A stretch of DNA of 64,000 nucleotides from Vicugna vicugna (lineage: Eukaryota). The stretch is from positions 3,472,001 through 3,536,000 of the forward strand of contig MU058213.1 in the NCBI GenBank assembly GCA_013265495.1, given 5' to 3'. The notes under the pieces were generated by a model. It was given only the letters and a program-made list of their open reading frames with translations. It ran no database searches and was not told the origin of the DNA. The translations under genes and the position numbers were made by a program. Positions within the stretch are counted from its first letter, which is position 1, and every line of letters begins with the position of its first letter. Shown here in pieces: positions 63,521 through 64,000 of the stretch.

Positions 63521-64000
63521 TCCAAAAGACACCTTAATAAACCATTCTCCAGTTGGAATCCTAAAGCATTAGTAGAGAGCTTACTAACAAACATTTGAGA
63601 GAAAAGAGAAGGAAAAAAAAAAAAGGGAAGTAGTCCTCCATAACATTATTTTAGCTATACCATAAAATGTTACACTCAGCTTTTGTAAGAGGGACAAAAG
63701 ATAGAAATTCTGTTAAGAATGTTTCTGCACTTAATGAACAACTGCATTCAAAGACACTGTCCATTGTACCACCAATATCCTTGATGTAAATACCTTTTTG
63801 CTTGGTAGTATTTTTTCTATTAAGGTAAATCACAAAATGTTTCACAGTGATATGGTTTTGAGAAGGCTTATCTCTCCCCAGTCACCTCCACAGATATCCT
63901 AGAACCTAACTGGAAACATCATGGTATCTCCTGGTCAAGGTGTTCCTTGTGACCAGCTCATGAATTGGGCTACAAGATACATAAACATGCTAGCTGCTTG

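Noticed and set aside
39697..64000. Upstream NEDD4 exons (N-terminal C2 exons or the large alternative first exon of the long isoform)
   Set aside because: I found no matching peptide by eye or in the ORF track; they presumably lie beyond the window.

Overview
Mammalian genomic DNA, most likely a camelid because it carries vic-1-like tRNA-derived SINEs. The window holds the 3' two-thirds of NEDD4 (HECT E3 ubiquitin ligase, NEDD4-1) on the minus strand. I traced 24 GT-AG coding exons from 39696 down to the TAG stop at 3555-3557. They total 2415 nt (804 aa plus stop) with consistent phases, and cover the end of C2, WW1-WW4 and the whole HECT domain. A ~2.9 kb 3'UTR follows, with proximal ATTAAA and distal AATAAA signals. 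I found no further NEDD4 exon in 39697-64000, which reads as one large intron; the 5' exons lie beyond the window. Introns contain L1, L2, MIR, hAT MITEs and SINEs. I found no prokaryotic-type or wholly new genetic system. The best leads are (1) a candidate internal first exon (MSVPTEE, 32585-32605) that would splice in frame to WW1 and give a C2-less isoform, (2) a perfect 132-bp locally templated duplication at ~61 kb, (3) a last intron whose retention converts the catalytic Cys into Trp-stop, (4) tandem miR-30 sites around an alternative polyA site, (5) a two-module CTCF site, and (6) exon-scale GC3 spikes.
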